Shown piece after piece: positions 28,643-38,221 of a stretch of DNA of 64,000 bases. How positions within the stretch are numbered: position 1 is the stretch's first letter; every line of letters begins with the position of its first letter. Origin of the DNA: an uncultured Mycoplasmatota bacterium (lineage in GTDB: Bacteria > Bacillota_I > Bacilli_A > RF39 > UBA660); assembly GCA_900548725.1 (NCBI GenBank), contig URLV01000002.1, forward strand, positions 2,312 to 66,311, in the 5' to 3' direction. The position numbers were made by a program, and so were the translations under genes. Below the pieces are notes generated by a model, which had not been told where the DNA came from, did no database searches, and saw only the letters and a list, made by a program, of their open reading frames with translations.

Positions 28643-29152
28643 TTACAACTCCTCAACTTTCTTTCCACGTAACTCAGCAATATGTTCACGAGTACGTTCT
28701 GATTTTAAAGCTTCTAAAGTAGCTTTTGCCATGTTAACTTTTGTATTAGATCCAAGTGATTTAGATACGATATCTTTAACACCAGCTAATTCTAATATAA
28801 CACGTACAGGACCACCAGCTATAACTCCAGTACCTTCTTTTGCAGGTTTAATTAAAACTCTAGCTTTACCACATTCACCAATAGCATCATGAGGTATAGT
28901 TCTATTATCAACAATACTAACTTTTGATAGGTTTTTATTTGCTGCTTGGATACCTTTCTTTATAGCTTCTGGAACTTCATTAGCTTTACCTGTTCCAATA
29001 CCAACAAGTCCTTTTCCATCTCCTACAGCCATTGTAGCAGCGAAACGGAAATGACGACCTCCCTTTGTAACTTTAGTTACACGAGAGATAGAAACAACTC
29101 TTTCTTCAAGAAGTTTCTTTTTAGAGTCCATATTTTTTTCTTGTCTTGCCAT
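28643..29152 (-). CDS. rpsE: 30S ribosomal protein S5
   Basis: [30 protein letters not shown] motif. Confidence 0.95.
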   Translation of the reverse strand: MARQEKNMDSKKKLLEERVVSISRVTKVTKGGRHFRFAATMAVGDGKGLVGIGTGKANEVPEAIKKGIQAANKNLSKVSIVDNRTIPHDAIGECGKARVLIKPAKEGTGVIAGGPVRVILELAGVKDIVSKSLGSNTKVNMAKATLEALKSERTREHIAELRGKKVEEL

Positions 29153-29166
29153 ATCTTATCCTCCCA

Positions 29167-29523
29167 CTAAAATTCTAATCCGTTTTCACGTGCAGCTTCA
29201 GCTAAAGCTTCTACACGTCCATGATATTGGTATCCACCTCTATCAAATACTACCTTAGTTATTTTTGCAACTTTACATTTTTCTGCAATATCTTTTCCAA
29301 CTAATTTAGCACTTTCGATGTTTCCACCTTTTTCTAATTTTAAACTTAAGCTTGATGAACTAACTAAGGTAACACCTTTTTCGTCATCAATTACTTGAGC
29401 AAAAATTTGAGAATTAGATCTGAAAACATTTAATCTTGGACATTCACTTGTACCACTAACTTTGTTACGTACACGAGCATGTCTTTTTTTTCTTAATTCA
29501 TTTCTTGACTTATTCTTAATCAT
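29167..29523 (-). CDS. rplR: 50S ribosomal protein L18
   Basis: [18 protein letters not shown]...[25 protein letters not shown]. Confidence 0.95.
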   Translation of the reverse strand: MIKNKSRNELRKKRHARVRNKVSGTSECPRLNVFRSNSQIFAQVIDDEKGVTLVSSSSLSLKLEKGGNIESAKLVGKDIAEKCKVAKITKVVFDRGGYQYHGRVEALAEAARENGLEF

Positions 29524-29540
29524 ATACTAATCTCCTTACC

Positions 29541-30080
29541 TTATTTAGCTGCTTTCTTTCCTTCTTTACGTCTAATATGTTCACCCTTAAATCTAATACC
29601 TTTACCCTTATATGGTTCTGGTTTTCTAAGTTTTCTTATATTAGCTGCAAATTCAGAAACTTTTTGTTTATCAATACCACTTATAGCTATTTCAGTAGTA
29701 CTAACTTGTTCTGCTTTTAAGTCACTAGGAACAATAACTTCTACTGGATGACTAAATCCTGCATTTACGTTAATTTTATTCCCTTGAACATTAAATCTGT
29801 ATCCGACACCAACTATTTCTAATTCCTTTTTATATCCTTCACTAACACCAATAATCATATTTTCGATTAAAGCATTAGTAGTTCCATGTAAACTCTTAGT
29901 AGTTTTTAAATCATTTGGTCTAGTTATTGTTAAAATGTTTTCATTAACATCAATTTTCATATCTTTATTAAATGAATTTGTAAGTTCTCCTTTAGGACCT
30001 TTTACAGTAACTACATTATCATTAACTGTAACAGTTACACCTTCAGGAATAGTTATTTTTCTATTTCCAATTCTACTCAT
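29541..30080 (-). CDS. rplF: 50S ribosomal protein L6
   Basis: MSRIGNRKITIPEGVTV... AAGGAAA RBS before ATG 30080. Confidence 0.9.
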   Translation of the reverse strand: MSRIGNRKITIPEGVTVTVNDNVVTVKGPKGELTNSFNKDMKIDVNENILTITRPNDLKTTKSLHGTTNALIENMIIGVSEGYKKELEIVGVGYRFNVQGNKINVNAGFSHPVEVIVPSDLKAEQVSTTEIAISGIDKQKVSEFAANIRKLRKPEPYKGKGIRFKGEHIRRKEGKKAAK

Positions 30081-30091
30081 AACATGTTTCC

Positions 30092-30490
30092 TTACCAAAT
30101 ATAGGCAAGTACTTCTCCTCCTAGATGTTTACTTCTAGCGTTTTTATCAGTCATAAGACCTTCTGAAGTAGAAATAATTGCAATACCTAATCCATTTAAA
30201 ACTCTAGGAAGTTCATCATGTTTTGCATAAACTCTAAGTCCAGGTTTACTAATTCTTTTTAAACCAGTTATAACTCTTTCCTTTTTATCTGCACTATATT
30301 TTAAATCTAATACCATTTCATCACCATTAGTATTTTTAGTGATTTTATAATTACTAATATAACCTTCATCTTTTAAGATTTTAGCAATTTCTTCAATCAT
30401 TTTAGAACTTAATACAGTAACAGTATCATATTTCATTTGATTTGCATTACGTATTCTTGTAAGCATATCTGCTATTCTATCATTTACCAT
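30092..30490 (-). CDS. rpsH: 30S ribosomal protein S8
   Basis: [16 protein letters not shown]... GGAAGG RBS before ATG 30490. Confidence 0.9.
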   Translation of the reverse strand: MVNDRIADMLTRIRNANQMKYDTVTVLSSKMIEEIAKILKDEGYISNYKITKNTNGDEMVLDLKYSADKKERVITGLKRISKPGLRVYAKHDELPRVLNGLGIAIISTSEGLMTDKNARSKHLGGEVLAYIW

Positions 30491-30504
30491 AATTACCTTC
30501 CTTT

Positions 30505-30690
30505 CTACCAACTAGACTTTTTAACACCAGGTATTTGTCCTTCGTTTGCAAGTTCTCTGAAACAAATACGGCATAAACCAAATTTTCTAATAACTCCATG
30601 AGGACGTCCACATCTCTCACAACGAGTATAACTTCTTACTTTAAATTTAGGTGTACGTTTATTTTTAACTTTCATACTTGTTCTTGCCAT
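30505..30690 (-). CDS. rpsN: 30S ribosomal protein S14, zinc-binding type Z (61 aa)
   Basis: [23 protein letters not shown] contains two CxxC pairs. Confidence 0.95.
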   Translation of the reverse strand: MARTSMKVKNKRTPKFKVRSYTRCERCGRPHGVIRKFGLCRICFRELANEGQIPGVKKSSW

Positions 30691-30698
30691 ACATGCAC

Positions 30699-31238
30699 CT
30701 ACTTTCTAAATGGCATTCCGAATCCACTTAATAATTCTAAAGCTTCTTCGTTAGTTTCTGCAGTTGTTACAAAAACTATATCCATTCCTCTCAATTTTAC
30801 TATTTCATCATAATTTATTTCTGGAAATATTAATTGTTCTTTAATTCCTAAAGTATAGTTTCCAAAACCATCAAATGCTTTAGAACTAATTCCTCTAAAA
30901 TCTCTAACACGTGGTAGTGCTACTTTAATTAATTTTTCCATAAAATTATACATAGCGTCTCCTCTTAAAGTTACTTTAACTCCAATAGGTTGACCTTCTC
31001 TTAATTTAAATGCTGCTATAGACTTTTTAGCTTTAGTTATAATAGCTTTTTGTCCAGTAATAGCCTCTAAATCTTTCTTAGCTGCTTCTATGAATTTGCT
31101 ATCATGAGAAGCATCTCCAACACCAATATTAACAACTATTTTTGATAATTTTGGTACTTGCATAACAGAAGAATAGTTAAATTTTTCCATTAAATTATTT
31201 TTAATTTCTGTATTATATAAATTTCTTAATTCGTTCAT
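30699..31238 (-). CDS. rplE: 50S ribosomal protein L5
   Basis: 179 aa in the canonical spc-operon position. NIGVGDA...RDFRG motifs. Confidence 0.95.
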   Translation of the reverse strand: MNELRNLYNTEIKNNLMEKFNYSSVMQVPKLSKIVVNIGVGDASHDSKFIEAAKKDLEAITGQKAIITKAKKSIAAFKLREGQPIGVKVTLRGDAMYNFMEKLIKVALPRVRDFRGISSKAFDGFGNYTLGIKEQLIFPEINYDEIVKLRGMDIVFVTTAETNEEALELLSGFGMPFRK

Positions 31239-31558
31239 TATTTTTCACCTACTTCTTTCTTAGTAGATTTTTTTGTAGTATTTTTCTTAGCTTTAGTATC
31301 CTTTACTTCAGCTTTTTTAGTAGTTTTTTTATCTTCTTTTGCTTCGATAACTTTTACATTAGATACATGAATAGGTGCTTCTACACTAAGTATTCCACCA
31401 GTTTCATTCATTGCATTTGGTTTCATATGTTTTTTAACAATATTAATTCCTTCAACTACGACTTTATCTTTCTTTTTTAGAGTAAGAATAACTTTTCCTT
31501 CTTTACCTCTATCTTTTCCAGCTAAAATACATACTTTATCTCCAACTCTAACTTTCAT
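31238..31558 (-). CDS. rplX: 50S ribosomal protein L24 with Lys-rich C-terminal tail
   Basis: [23 protein letters not shown] (KOW motif). The tail reads [30 protein letters not shown]. Confidence 0.9.
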   Translation of the reverse strand: MKVRVGDKVCILAGKDRGKEGKVILTLKKKDKVVVEGINIVKKHMKPNAMNETGGILSVEAPIHVSNVKVIEAKEDKKTTKKAEVKDTKAKKNTTKKSTKKEVGEK

Positions 31559-31566
31559 ATATCCTC

Positions 31567-31935
31567 CTATAATACTTCAGGTGCAAGTGAAACGATCTTC
31601 ATATAATCTTTATCACGTAATTCTCTTGCAACTGGTCCTAGAACACGAGTTCCAATTGGACTCTTATCATCTTTTATTAATACACATGCATTGTCACCGA
31701 ATCTTATATAAGAACCATCTTTACGTCTAACGCCTTCAACACTTCTTACGATAACAGCTTTAACTACTTTACCTTTTTTAATATTTGAATTAGGTATAGC
31801 TTTCTTAACTGATGCTACTACTACATCACCTATATTACCATACTTTCTTTTGCTTCCACCCATTACTCTAATAACCATTAGTTCACGAGCTCCAGAGTTA
31901 TCAGCTACTTTTAATCTTGTTTGTTGTTGTATCAT
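31567..31935 (-). CDS. rplN: 50S ribosomal protein L14
   Basis: [24 protein letters not shown]. Confidence 0.95.
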   Translation of the reverse strand: MIQQQTRLKVADNSGARELMVIRVMGGSKRKYGNIGDVVVASVKKAIPNSNIKKGKVVKAVIVRSVEGVRRKDGSYIRFGDNACVLIKDDKSPIGTRVLGPVARELRDKDYMKIVSLAPEVL

Positions 31936-31946
31936 AATAACCCTCC

Positions 31947-32207
31947 TTAAAGAATCACAGCTTCTTTAACAACACTAACTAATTCATATCTCTTAGTCTT
32001 TGATAATGGACGAGTCATTGCTATTTTTACTGTGTCTCCTACTTTCGCTATATTTTTTTCATCGTGTGCACGATATTTTTTTGAATATTTTACCATCTTG
32101 TGGTATAAAGGATGTTTTCTGTGAGTTTCAACTAAAACAGTAATAGTTTTATCATTTTTATCACTTACAACACGACCTACAAGTTCAGTTCTCTTAGTCT
32201 TTTCCAT
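31947..32207 (-). CDS. rpsQ: 30S ribosomal protein S17
   Basis: 86 aa; [18 protein letters not shown]. Confidence 0.95.
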   Translation of the reverse strand: MEKTKRTELVGRVVSDKNDKTITVLVETHRKHPLYHKMVKYSKKYRAHDEKNIAKVGDTVKIAMTRPLSKTKRYELVSVVKEAVIL

Positions 32208-32410
32208 TAGTTTTCACTCCCATCATTTTCTTTTTCTGTTAAAACAGTTTTTAATCTTGCAACATCTTTTCTTAATTTATTAATCATATGAGGTTTTTCT
32301 AGATTACCAGTAGATGCCTTCATACGAAGTTCAAATAATTCATGTTTTAATTCAACTATTTTAGTATTAATTTCTTCAACACTCATTTTTCTTATATCAC
32401 TAGTTTTCAT
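32207..32410 (-). CDS. rpmC: 50S ribosomal protein L29
   Basis: 67 aa; [12 protein letters not shown] motif. Confidence 0.9.
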   Translation of the reverse strand: MKTSDIRKMSVEEINTKIVELKHELFELRMKASTGNLEKPHMINKLRKDVARLKTVLTEKENDGSEN

Positions 32411-32831
32411 CTTTTACCTCACTTTCTTTCATAACAAATTTAGTTTTTACACATAATTTGTGGCTAGCAAGTCTTAAAGCTTCACGAGCAACCTCTTCGC
32501 TTACCCCAGCTATTTCAAACATAATTTTACCTTTTTTAACAACTGCTACCCATTCATCAACGTTACCTTTACCTTTACCTTGACGAGTTTCTAAAGGTTT
32601 TTTAGTTCTAGCTAGATGTGGGAAAATATTAATCCAAACTTTTCCTCCACGTTTCATATAACGTGTCATAGCGATACGAGCTGCTTCTATTTGACGAGCA
32701 CTAACATATCCACCTTCTTTAGCTTGTAAACCATAATCACCAAAATGTAATTCTAAGTTTCCTTTAGCTTTACCATCATAAGTAAGTCTATGTGGTTTTC
32801 TATATTTAGTTCTTTTTGGCATTAGTGGCAT
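32400..32831 (-). CDS. rplP: 50S ribosomal protein L16
   Basis: M(P)[13 protein letters not shown]... AAGGAGG RBS 9 nt before ATG 32831. Confidence 0.95.
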   Translation of the reverse strand: MPLMPKRTKYRKPHRLTYDGKAKGNLELHFGDYGLQAKEGGYVSARQIEAARIAMTRYMKRGGKVWINIFPHLARTKKPLETRQGKGKGNVDEWVAVVKKGKIMFEIAGVSEEVAREALRLASHKLCVKTKFVMKESEVKDEN

Positions 32832-33483
32832 TACGACCAGCCTCCTTTACCTTTTTATTACCAAGGATTTCTCCTTTGTAAATCCAAACTTTAACACCGA
32901 TTTTACCATAAGTTGTATTAGCTTCACTTGTTGCATAATCTATATTAGCTCTAATAGTGTGTAGTGGAACTGTACCTTCTGTATAACCTTCAGTACGAGC
33001 CATTTCAGCACCAGCTAATCTTCCTGAGACACTAGTTTTAATTCCTTTTGCTCCAGCTTTCATAGTATTTTTGATAGCTTTCTTTTGAACATTACGGAAA
33101 TTTGCTCTATTTTCAATTTGTTTAGCAATTGAATCAGCAACTAATTTAGCATTTAAATCAGGATTTTTTTCTTCAACTATACTTACGTATATTTCTTCAT
33201 TAACTTGTTTTTTTAATGCTTTCTTTAATTTTTCGATATCTTCTCCACCACGTCCGATTACAACGCCTGGTTTAGCAGTATGAATTTTAACTTCAACTTT
33301 ATCTTTTCTTCTTTCGATTTCAACACTACTAACAGCAGCATCAGATAAAGTCTTCAATAAATATTCACGAATTTTGATATCGTTATTTAATTTAACTGCA
33401 TAATCTTTATCAGCAAACCAATTACTTTGCCAATTTTTATTAACACCTAATCTTAAACCATTAGGATTTACTTTTTGTCCCAT
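32806..33483 (-). CDS. rpsC: 30S ribosomal protein S3
   Basis: [24 protein letters not shown]. Confidence 0.95.
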   Translation of the reverse strand: MGQKVNPNGLRLGVNKNWQSNWFADKDYAVKLNNDIKIREYLLKTLSDAAVSSVEIERRKDKVEVKIHTAKPGVVIGRGGEDIEKLKKALKKQVNEEIYVSIVEEKNPDLNAKLVADSIAKQIENRANFRNVQKKAIKNTMKAGAKGIKTSVSGRLAGAEMARTEGYTEGTVPLHTIRANIDYATSEANTTYGKIGVKVWIYKGEILGNKKVKEAGRNATNAKKN

Positions 33484-33830
33484 TAGTTTGCCTCCTTAAC
33501 TCCGTCACTAACTTTAACAGTTATATGACTTGTTCTTTTATCTCTTCTATCAACCTTAGAACGTGATCCAATTTTAGATCTTTTAAGTACAGGTCCTGGA
33601 TTGATAAAACATTCAGATATTACTAAATCTTCGAATTTCATATTATAATTATTAGTTGCATTAGCACATGCACTATTTAAAACTTTACTTATTAATCTAC
33701 TTGACTTAGTATTAGTATTTTTTAATATTGCCATAGCTTCACTAGCTTTCTTTCCTCTTATTAAATCAAGAGTCATTCTAGCTTTTCTTGGAGCAACCAT
33801 AGCAGATTTATGAATTGCAAAAGTTTCCAT
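33483..33830 (-). CDS. rplV: 50S ribosomal protein L22
   Basis: 115 aa; [15 protein letters not shown]. Confidence 0.9.
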   Translation of the reverse strand: METFAIHKSAMVAPRKARMTLDLIRGKKASEAMAILKNTNTKSSRLISKVLNSACANATNNYNMKFEDLVISECFINPGPVLKRSKIGSRSKVDRRDKRTSHITVKVSDGVKEAN

Positions 33831-33844
33831 CTAATCCTTACCTC

Positions 33845-34108
33845 CTACTTTTGTCCTGCATGTCCGCCGAATTTACGAGTTAAAGCAAATTCGCCTAATT
33901 TGTGTCCTACCATATCTTCAGTTACATAAACTGGAATAAATTCTTTACCATTATGAACTGCTATAGTATGTCCAACAAATTCAGGAAAGATTGTTGAACG
34001 ACGAGACCAAGTTTTAACAACTTCTTTTTTATTTTCTTCATTTAATTTTTCGATCTTTTTCATTAGATGTCCATCTATGAAAGGACCTTTTTTAATACTT
34101 CTTGCCAT
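33845..34108 (-). CDS. rpsS: 30S ribosomal protein S19
   Basis: [18 protein letters not shown]...[23 protein letters not shown]. Confidence 0.95.
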   Translation of the reverse strand: MARSIKKGPFIDGHLMKKIEKLNEENKKEVVKTWSRRSTIFPEFVGHTIAVHNGKEFIPVYVTEDMVGHKLGEFALTRKFGGHAGQK

Positions 34109-34123
34109 TTAAACACACTCTCC

Positions 34124-34954
34124 TTATTTCTTTCTCTTACTAACGATTAATTTGTTAGAAGCTTTCTTATTTTTACGAGTTTTAAGTCCAAGAGCTGGTT
34201 TACCCCAAGGAGTAACAGGCCCTTTTCTTCCTATTGGTGTACGTCCTTCACCACCACCATGTGGATGGTCGTTAGGGTTCATTACACTACCACGGTTAGT
34301 AGGTCTGATTCCCATATGACGAGTACGTCCTGCTTTACCGATGTTAACAAGTTCATAGTCTTCGTTACCAACTACACCAACTGTAGCCATACAAGTACCT
34401 AGTACTAATCTTGTTTCACCACTTTGTAGACGAATCATAACATATTTATCTTCTCTACCTAATATTTGAGCACTACTTCCTGCAGATCTTACAAGACTAG
34501 CACCTTTACCTGGATTTAATTCAATATTGTGAATAACTGTACCAACTGGAATGTTTTTAATCATCATTGCATTACCAACTTTGATATCTACAGCTTCTCC
34601 ACTTTCAACTATCATACCTACTTTTAAATCTTTAGGAGCGATAATATATCTTTTTTCTCCATCTTTATAAGTAAGTAATGCTATATTTGCACTACGATTT
34701 GGATCGTACTCAATAGTTGTAACTTTAGCAGGTATTCCAAATTTATTTCTCTTAAAATCTATTAATCTGTATTTTCTTTTAGCTCCTCCACCAATGTGTT
34801 GAACTGTCATTCTACCTTGATTATTTCTACCACCAGTTTTAGTCTTTTTAACTAATAAACTTTTAGTAGGCTTACTAGTAGTTAACTCTTCATTAGCTAA
34901 AGTACTCATACCTCTACGACCATTAGTCGTTGGTTTATATTTTTTTATAGCCAT
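34124..34954 (-). CDS. rplB: 50S ribosomal protein L2
   Basis: [17 protein letters not shown]...[13 protein letters not shown]. Confidence 0.95.
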   Translation of the reverse strand: MAIKKYKPTTNGRRGMSTLANEELTTSKPTKSLLVKKTKTGGRNNQGRMTVQHIGGGAKRKYRLIDFKRNKFGIPAKVTTIEYDPNRSANIALLTYKDGEKRYIIAPKDLKVGMIVESGEAVDIKVGNAMMIKNIPVGTVIHNIELNPGKGASLVRSAGSSAQILGREDKYVMIRLQSGETRLVLGTCMATVGVVGNEDYELVNIGKAGRTRHMGIRPTNRGSVMNPNDHPHGGGEGRTPIGRKGPVTPWGKPALGLKTRKNKKASNKLIVSKRKK

Positions 34955-34967
34955 TATTTACACCGCC

Positions 34968-35243
34968 TTACATTTCTATAGCTTGACCGTCAACTAAAGT
35001 AACGTAAGCTTTCTTATAAGTCTTAGTCTTCCCAGTATACTTACCAACTCTTTTATCTTTTGCTTTAGTATTAAGTGTATTAACACTCTTAACCTTAACA
35101 TTAAATAAATCTTCAATAGCAAGTTTTATTTGAGTTTTATTAGCACGTGCATCAACTTTAAATACATAAGTCTTACCATCTGTAGCTAATACTTGACTTT
35201 TTTCAGTTATAACTGGTGCAATAATAATTTCACTATTCATCAT
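34968..35243 (-). CDS. rplW: 50S ribosomal protein L23
   Basis: 91 aa; IIAPVITEKS motif. Confidence 0.9.
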   Translation of the reverse strand: MMNSEIIIAPVITEKSQVLATDGKTYVFKVDARANKTQIKLAIEDLFNVKVKSVNTLNTKAKDKRVGKYTGKTKTYKKAYVTLVDGQAIEM

Positions 35244-35866
35244 TATTTAAGCACCTCCTCTATATATTTAACTGCTCCTTCTTCTACAACCATAGTATCA
35301 GCATTAACAATGTCATAAACATTTAATTCATTAGCCATTAATACTAAAGCATATCCTAAATTTCTAGTAGCTAAATATAAATTTTCAGCATCATTTTCAG
35401 TAACAAATAATACTTTACCAGCTAATTTTAAATCAGCCATTAATTTTTTAATATCTTTAGTTTTTACACTATCAATATTTAAACTATCAATTACAACTAA
35501 TTCTTTATTATTAACTTTATCAGTTAATGCAGAACGAATTGCAAGTCCTCTTTCCTTTTTATTCATTTTGAAAGTATAACTTCTTGGAGTAACACCAAAT
35601 ACAACTCCACCACCTCTATAATGAGGAGCACGAATAGTACCTTGTCTTGCGTTACCAGTACCTTTTTGTCTATATGGTTTTCTTCCTCCACCGCTAACTT
35701 CACCACGAGTTTTAGTTTTATGTGTACCTTGTCTTAAAGATGCAAGTTGTAAATCAATTGCTTTCTTTAAAACGATATCATTAGTTTCAATTTTCCAAAT
35801 ATTATCATTAAGTTTTAAATCACTAGTTTTTTCACCCTTAAGGTTAATTACATCTATTTTTGCCAT
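35243..35866 (-). CDS. rplD: 50S ribosomal protein L4
   Basis: 207 aa; GGGRKPYRQKGTGNARQGTIRAPHYRGGGVVFG. Confidence 0.95.
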   Translation of the reverse strand: MAKIDVINLKGEKTSDLKLNDNIWKIETNDIVLKKAIDLQLASLRQGTHKTKTRGEVSGGGRKPYRQKGTGNARQGTIRAPHYRGGGVVFGVTPRSYTFKMNKKERGLAIRSALTDKVNNKELVVIDSLNIDSVKTKDIKKLMADLKLAGKVLFVTENDAENLYLATRNLGYALVLMANELNVYDIVNADTMVVEEGAVKYIEEVLK

Positions 35867-35889
35867 TATAAATCTCCTTTCGACTGAAG

Positions 35890-36654
35890 TTATGCTTCAG
35901 TAGTTTCCTCGATTTCTTTAGTTTCAGTAGAATCTTCTACATTAGTATCTTCTACTACTTCTTCTACTGTATCAATAACAGTTTCTTCCTCAGTTTCATA
36001 TTTAACTAGTTCTTTAGGTTCAACTTTCTTGTTTCCTTTAACAGCAGATTTAATTAAAACTAATGAATTCTTTGCTCCTGGAACATTTCCACTAACTAAA
36101 ATGTAGTTATCATTTACGTTAACTTCAACAATTTCAAGATTTTGAATAGTAACTGTTTCACTTCCCATGTGTCCAGCTAACTTTTTACCCTTTAATACTC
36201 TCATTGGTCTCATAGTTCCCATTGATCCTGGTCTTCTATGATATCTTGAACCATGTGTTTCTGGTCCACGAGATTGGTTATGACGTTTAATTACACCAGC
36301 AAATCCTTTACCTTTACTAGTACCAGTAACATCAACCTTTTCTCCAGCTTCAAATGTGTCGGCTTTTATAGTACTTCCTAATTCGTAAGTTGTTGTATCT
36401 TCAACTCTGATTTCTTTTAAGAAGCGCTTAGGAGCAACACCTGCTTTTTTAGCATGTCCTATTTCTTGTTTTGTGGCATGTTTTTCCTTTTTATCAACAA
36501 CACCTAATTGAATAGCATTATAACCATCAGTATCAACTGTTTTAATTTGAGTTATAACATTTGGTTCAACAGATATTACTGTAACAGGAATAACTTTACC
36601 ATCAGTCGTAAATTTTTCGGTCATACCGATTTTACGTCCTAAGATTCCTTTCAT
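35890..36654 (-). CDS. rplC: 50S ribosomal protein L3 with ~50-aa acidic C-terminal extension
   Basis: [12 protein letters not shown]... GGAGGGA RBS before ATG 36654. The tail after ...SAVKGNKK reads [44 protein letters not shown]. Confidence 0.9.
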   Translation of the reverse strand: MKGILGRKIGMTEKFTTDGKVIPVTVISVEPNVITQIKTVDTDGYNAIQLGVVDKKEKHATKQEIGHAKKAGVAPKRFLKEIRVEDTTTYELGSTIKADTFEAGEKVDVTGTSKGKGFAGVIKRHNQSRGPETHGSRYHRRPGSMGTMRPMRVLKGKKLAGHMGSETVTIQNLEIVEVNVNDNYILVSGNVPGAKNSLVLIKSAVKGNKKVEPKELVKYETEEETVIDTVEEVVEDTNVEDSTETKEIEETTEA

Positions 36655-36669
36655 TTCTTTTCCCTCCAA

Positions 36670-36975
36670 CTATTTTGTTTCTATTTTTACATCAACACCA
36701 CTTGGAACATCTAAGTGAGTTAAAGCATCAATAACTTCCTTACTAGGATTCTTTATATCAATAAGTCTTTTATGAGTACGTCTTTCAAATTGTTCTCTAC
36801 TATCTTTATATTTATGTACCGCTCTTAATACAGTAAATTTTTCAATTTCTGTAGGAAGAGGAATCGGTCCAGATATTTCTCCACCAATTCTTTTAATAGT
36901 AGTAACAATCTTACTAGCAGTATCATCAAGCACTTTATGATCATAAGCTTTTAATCTGATTCTTACTTTTGACAT
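36670..36975 (-). CDS. rpsJ: 30S ribosomal protein S10
   Basis: [17 protein letters not shown]... First gene of the S10 operon. Confidence 0.95.
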   Translation of the reverse strand: MSKVRIRLKAYDHKVLDDTASKIVTTIKRIGGEISGPIPLPTEIEKFTVLRAVHKYKDSREQFERRTHKRLIDIKNPSKEVIDALTHLDVPSGVDVKIETK

Positions 36976-37111
36976 TTTATATGTCCTCCCTTCGTTTATA
37001 TCTTTGTATAAACATAGCTCCGTAACGAATTCCCCAATAACTATTCAAAGCAACAACTCCGCCTAGTGTATCAGCCACCTCGTACATCATAGCCAAATGA
37101 ATACAAAATAA

Positions 37112-37140
37112 ATTATATACTAATCTTAGTAAATATGCAA
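37112..37140 (-). promoter_or_regulatory. promoter of the S10 ribosomal operon
   Basis: On the minus strand: TTGCAT (37140-37135), 17-nt spacer, TATAAT (37117-37112). This predicts a leader of about 130 nt before rpsJ. Confidence 0.6.
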
Positions 37141-37275
37141 GCAAAAATTTAAATTTTTTTAAAATTTCCATAAAAAATTATAAAATCACAAAAAAACTAC
37201 TCTATTTATCAATAACTATAATTAATATTACCCTTACTCTATATTTAATGTTATAATTATAATGAGGTGTAAAAA

Positions 37276-38211
37276 ATGTTATTATCAATATTAATTCCTT
37301 CATATAATGAAGAAGGAAATATAAATGAATTAAATAAAAAATTAATAGAATCATTAAAAAATATAGATTACGAAATAATATATATAAATGATGGCTCCAA
37401 AGATAAAACTTTAGATAAAATAAAGACAGTATCTAAAAGCAATGAAAATATCAAATATATTTCATTTAGTAAAAATTTTGGTAAAGATGCTGCAATATAT
37501 GCAGGATTAAAAAGAAGCAATGGAACATACACATGTATTCTAGACGCAGATTTACAACAAAACCCCAAATACATAATTAGTATGTTGGACTATTTAAAAA
37601 AACATCCAGAAACAGACCAAATAGCAATGGTAATGAAAAATAGAAATAAAGAAAATGTATTTAATAGAATAATGAAAAAAAATTTTTATAGATTAATAAA
37701 TAAATTATCAGATACAAAACTAGTTGATGGTGCAAGTGATTTTAGAATGTTCAATAAATCAGTTAAAGATGCAATATTATCTTTAACGGAAAAAAATAGA
37801 TTTACAAAAGGAATGTTTTCGTGGATTGGTTTTAACACAGAATATATGTATTACAACGTAGAAGAAAGATTCAGCGGAAAAACAAAATTTGATACTAAAT
37901 CAAGTATAAAATATGCATTAACAGGAATAACAAACTATTCAATTAAACCATTATATTTATCAACATTCATTGGTGCAATAACTTCTAGTCTTTCATTATT
38001 ATATATATTAGTAATAATTTTTAAAACACTAATATTAGGAAAAGACACACCAGGTTATGCTTCACTTATTGTAATTAGTTTATTTATGGGTGGCTTGCAA
38101 TTATTATTTATTGGTATTCTTGGAACTTACTTAGGTAAAACTTATATAGAAACAAAACAAAGACCAATGTACATAGAAAAAGAAACTAAAGGTTTTGACG
38201 AAATACTTTAG
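37276..38211 (+). CDS. GT2 polyprenyl-phosphate glycosyltransferase (GtrB/CsbB-like)
   Basis: LSILIPSYNEEGNI, YINDGSKDKT and DADLQQNP motifs, plus two C-terminal TM segments. Confidence 0.8.
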   Translation: MLLSILIPSYNEEGNINELNKKLIESLKNIDYEIIYINDGSKDKTLDKIKTVSKSNENIKYISFSKNFGKDAAIYAGLKRSNGTYTCILDADLQQNPKYIISMLDYLKKHPETDQIAMVMKNRNKENVFNRIMKKNFYRLINKLSDTKLVDGASDFRMFNKSVKDAILSLTEKNRFTKGMFSWIGFNTEYMYYNVEERFSGKTKFDTKSSIKYALTGITNYSIKPLYLSTFIGAITSSLSLLYILVIIFKTLILGKDTPGYASLIVISLFMGGLQLLFIGILGTYLGKTYIETKQRPMYIEKETKGFDEIL

Positions 38212-38221
38212 TTTCTTTTTT

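Noticed and set aside
36977-37171. 64-aa minus-strand ORF upstream of rpsJ
   Set aside because: It lies inside the predicted 5' leader and promoter of the S10 operon. It has no RBS and an implausible hydrophobic/aromatic composition, and its start overlaps the promoter region.
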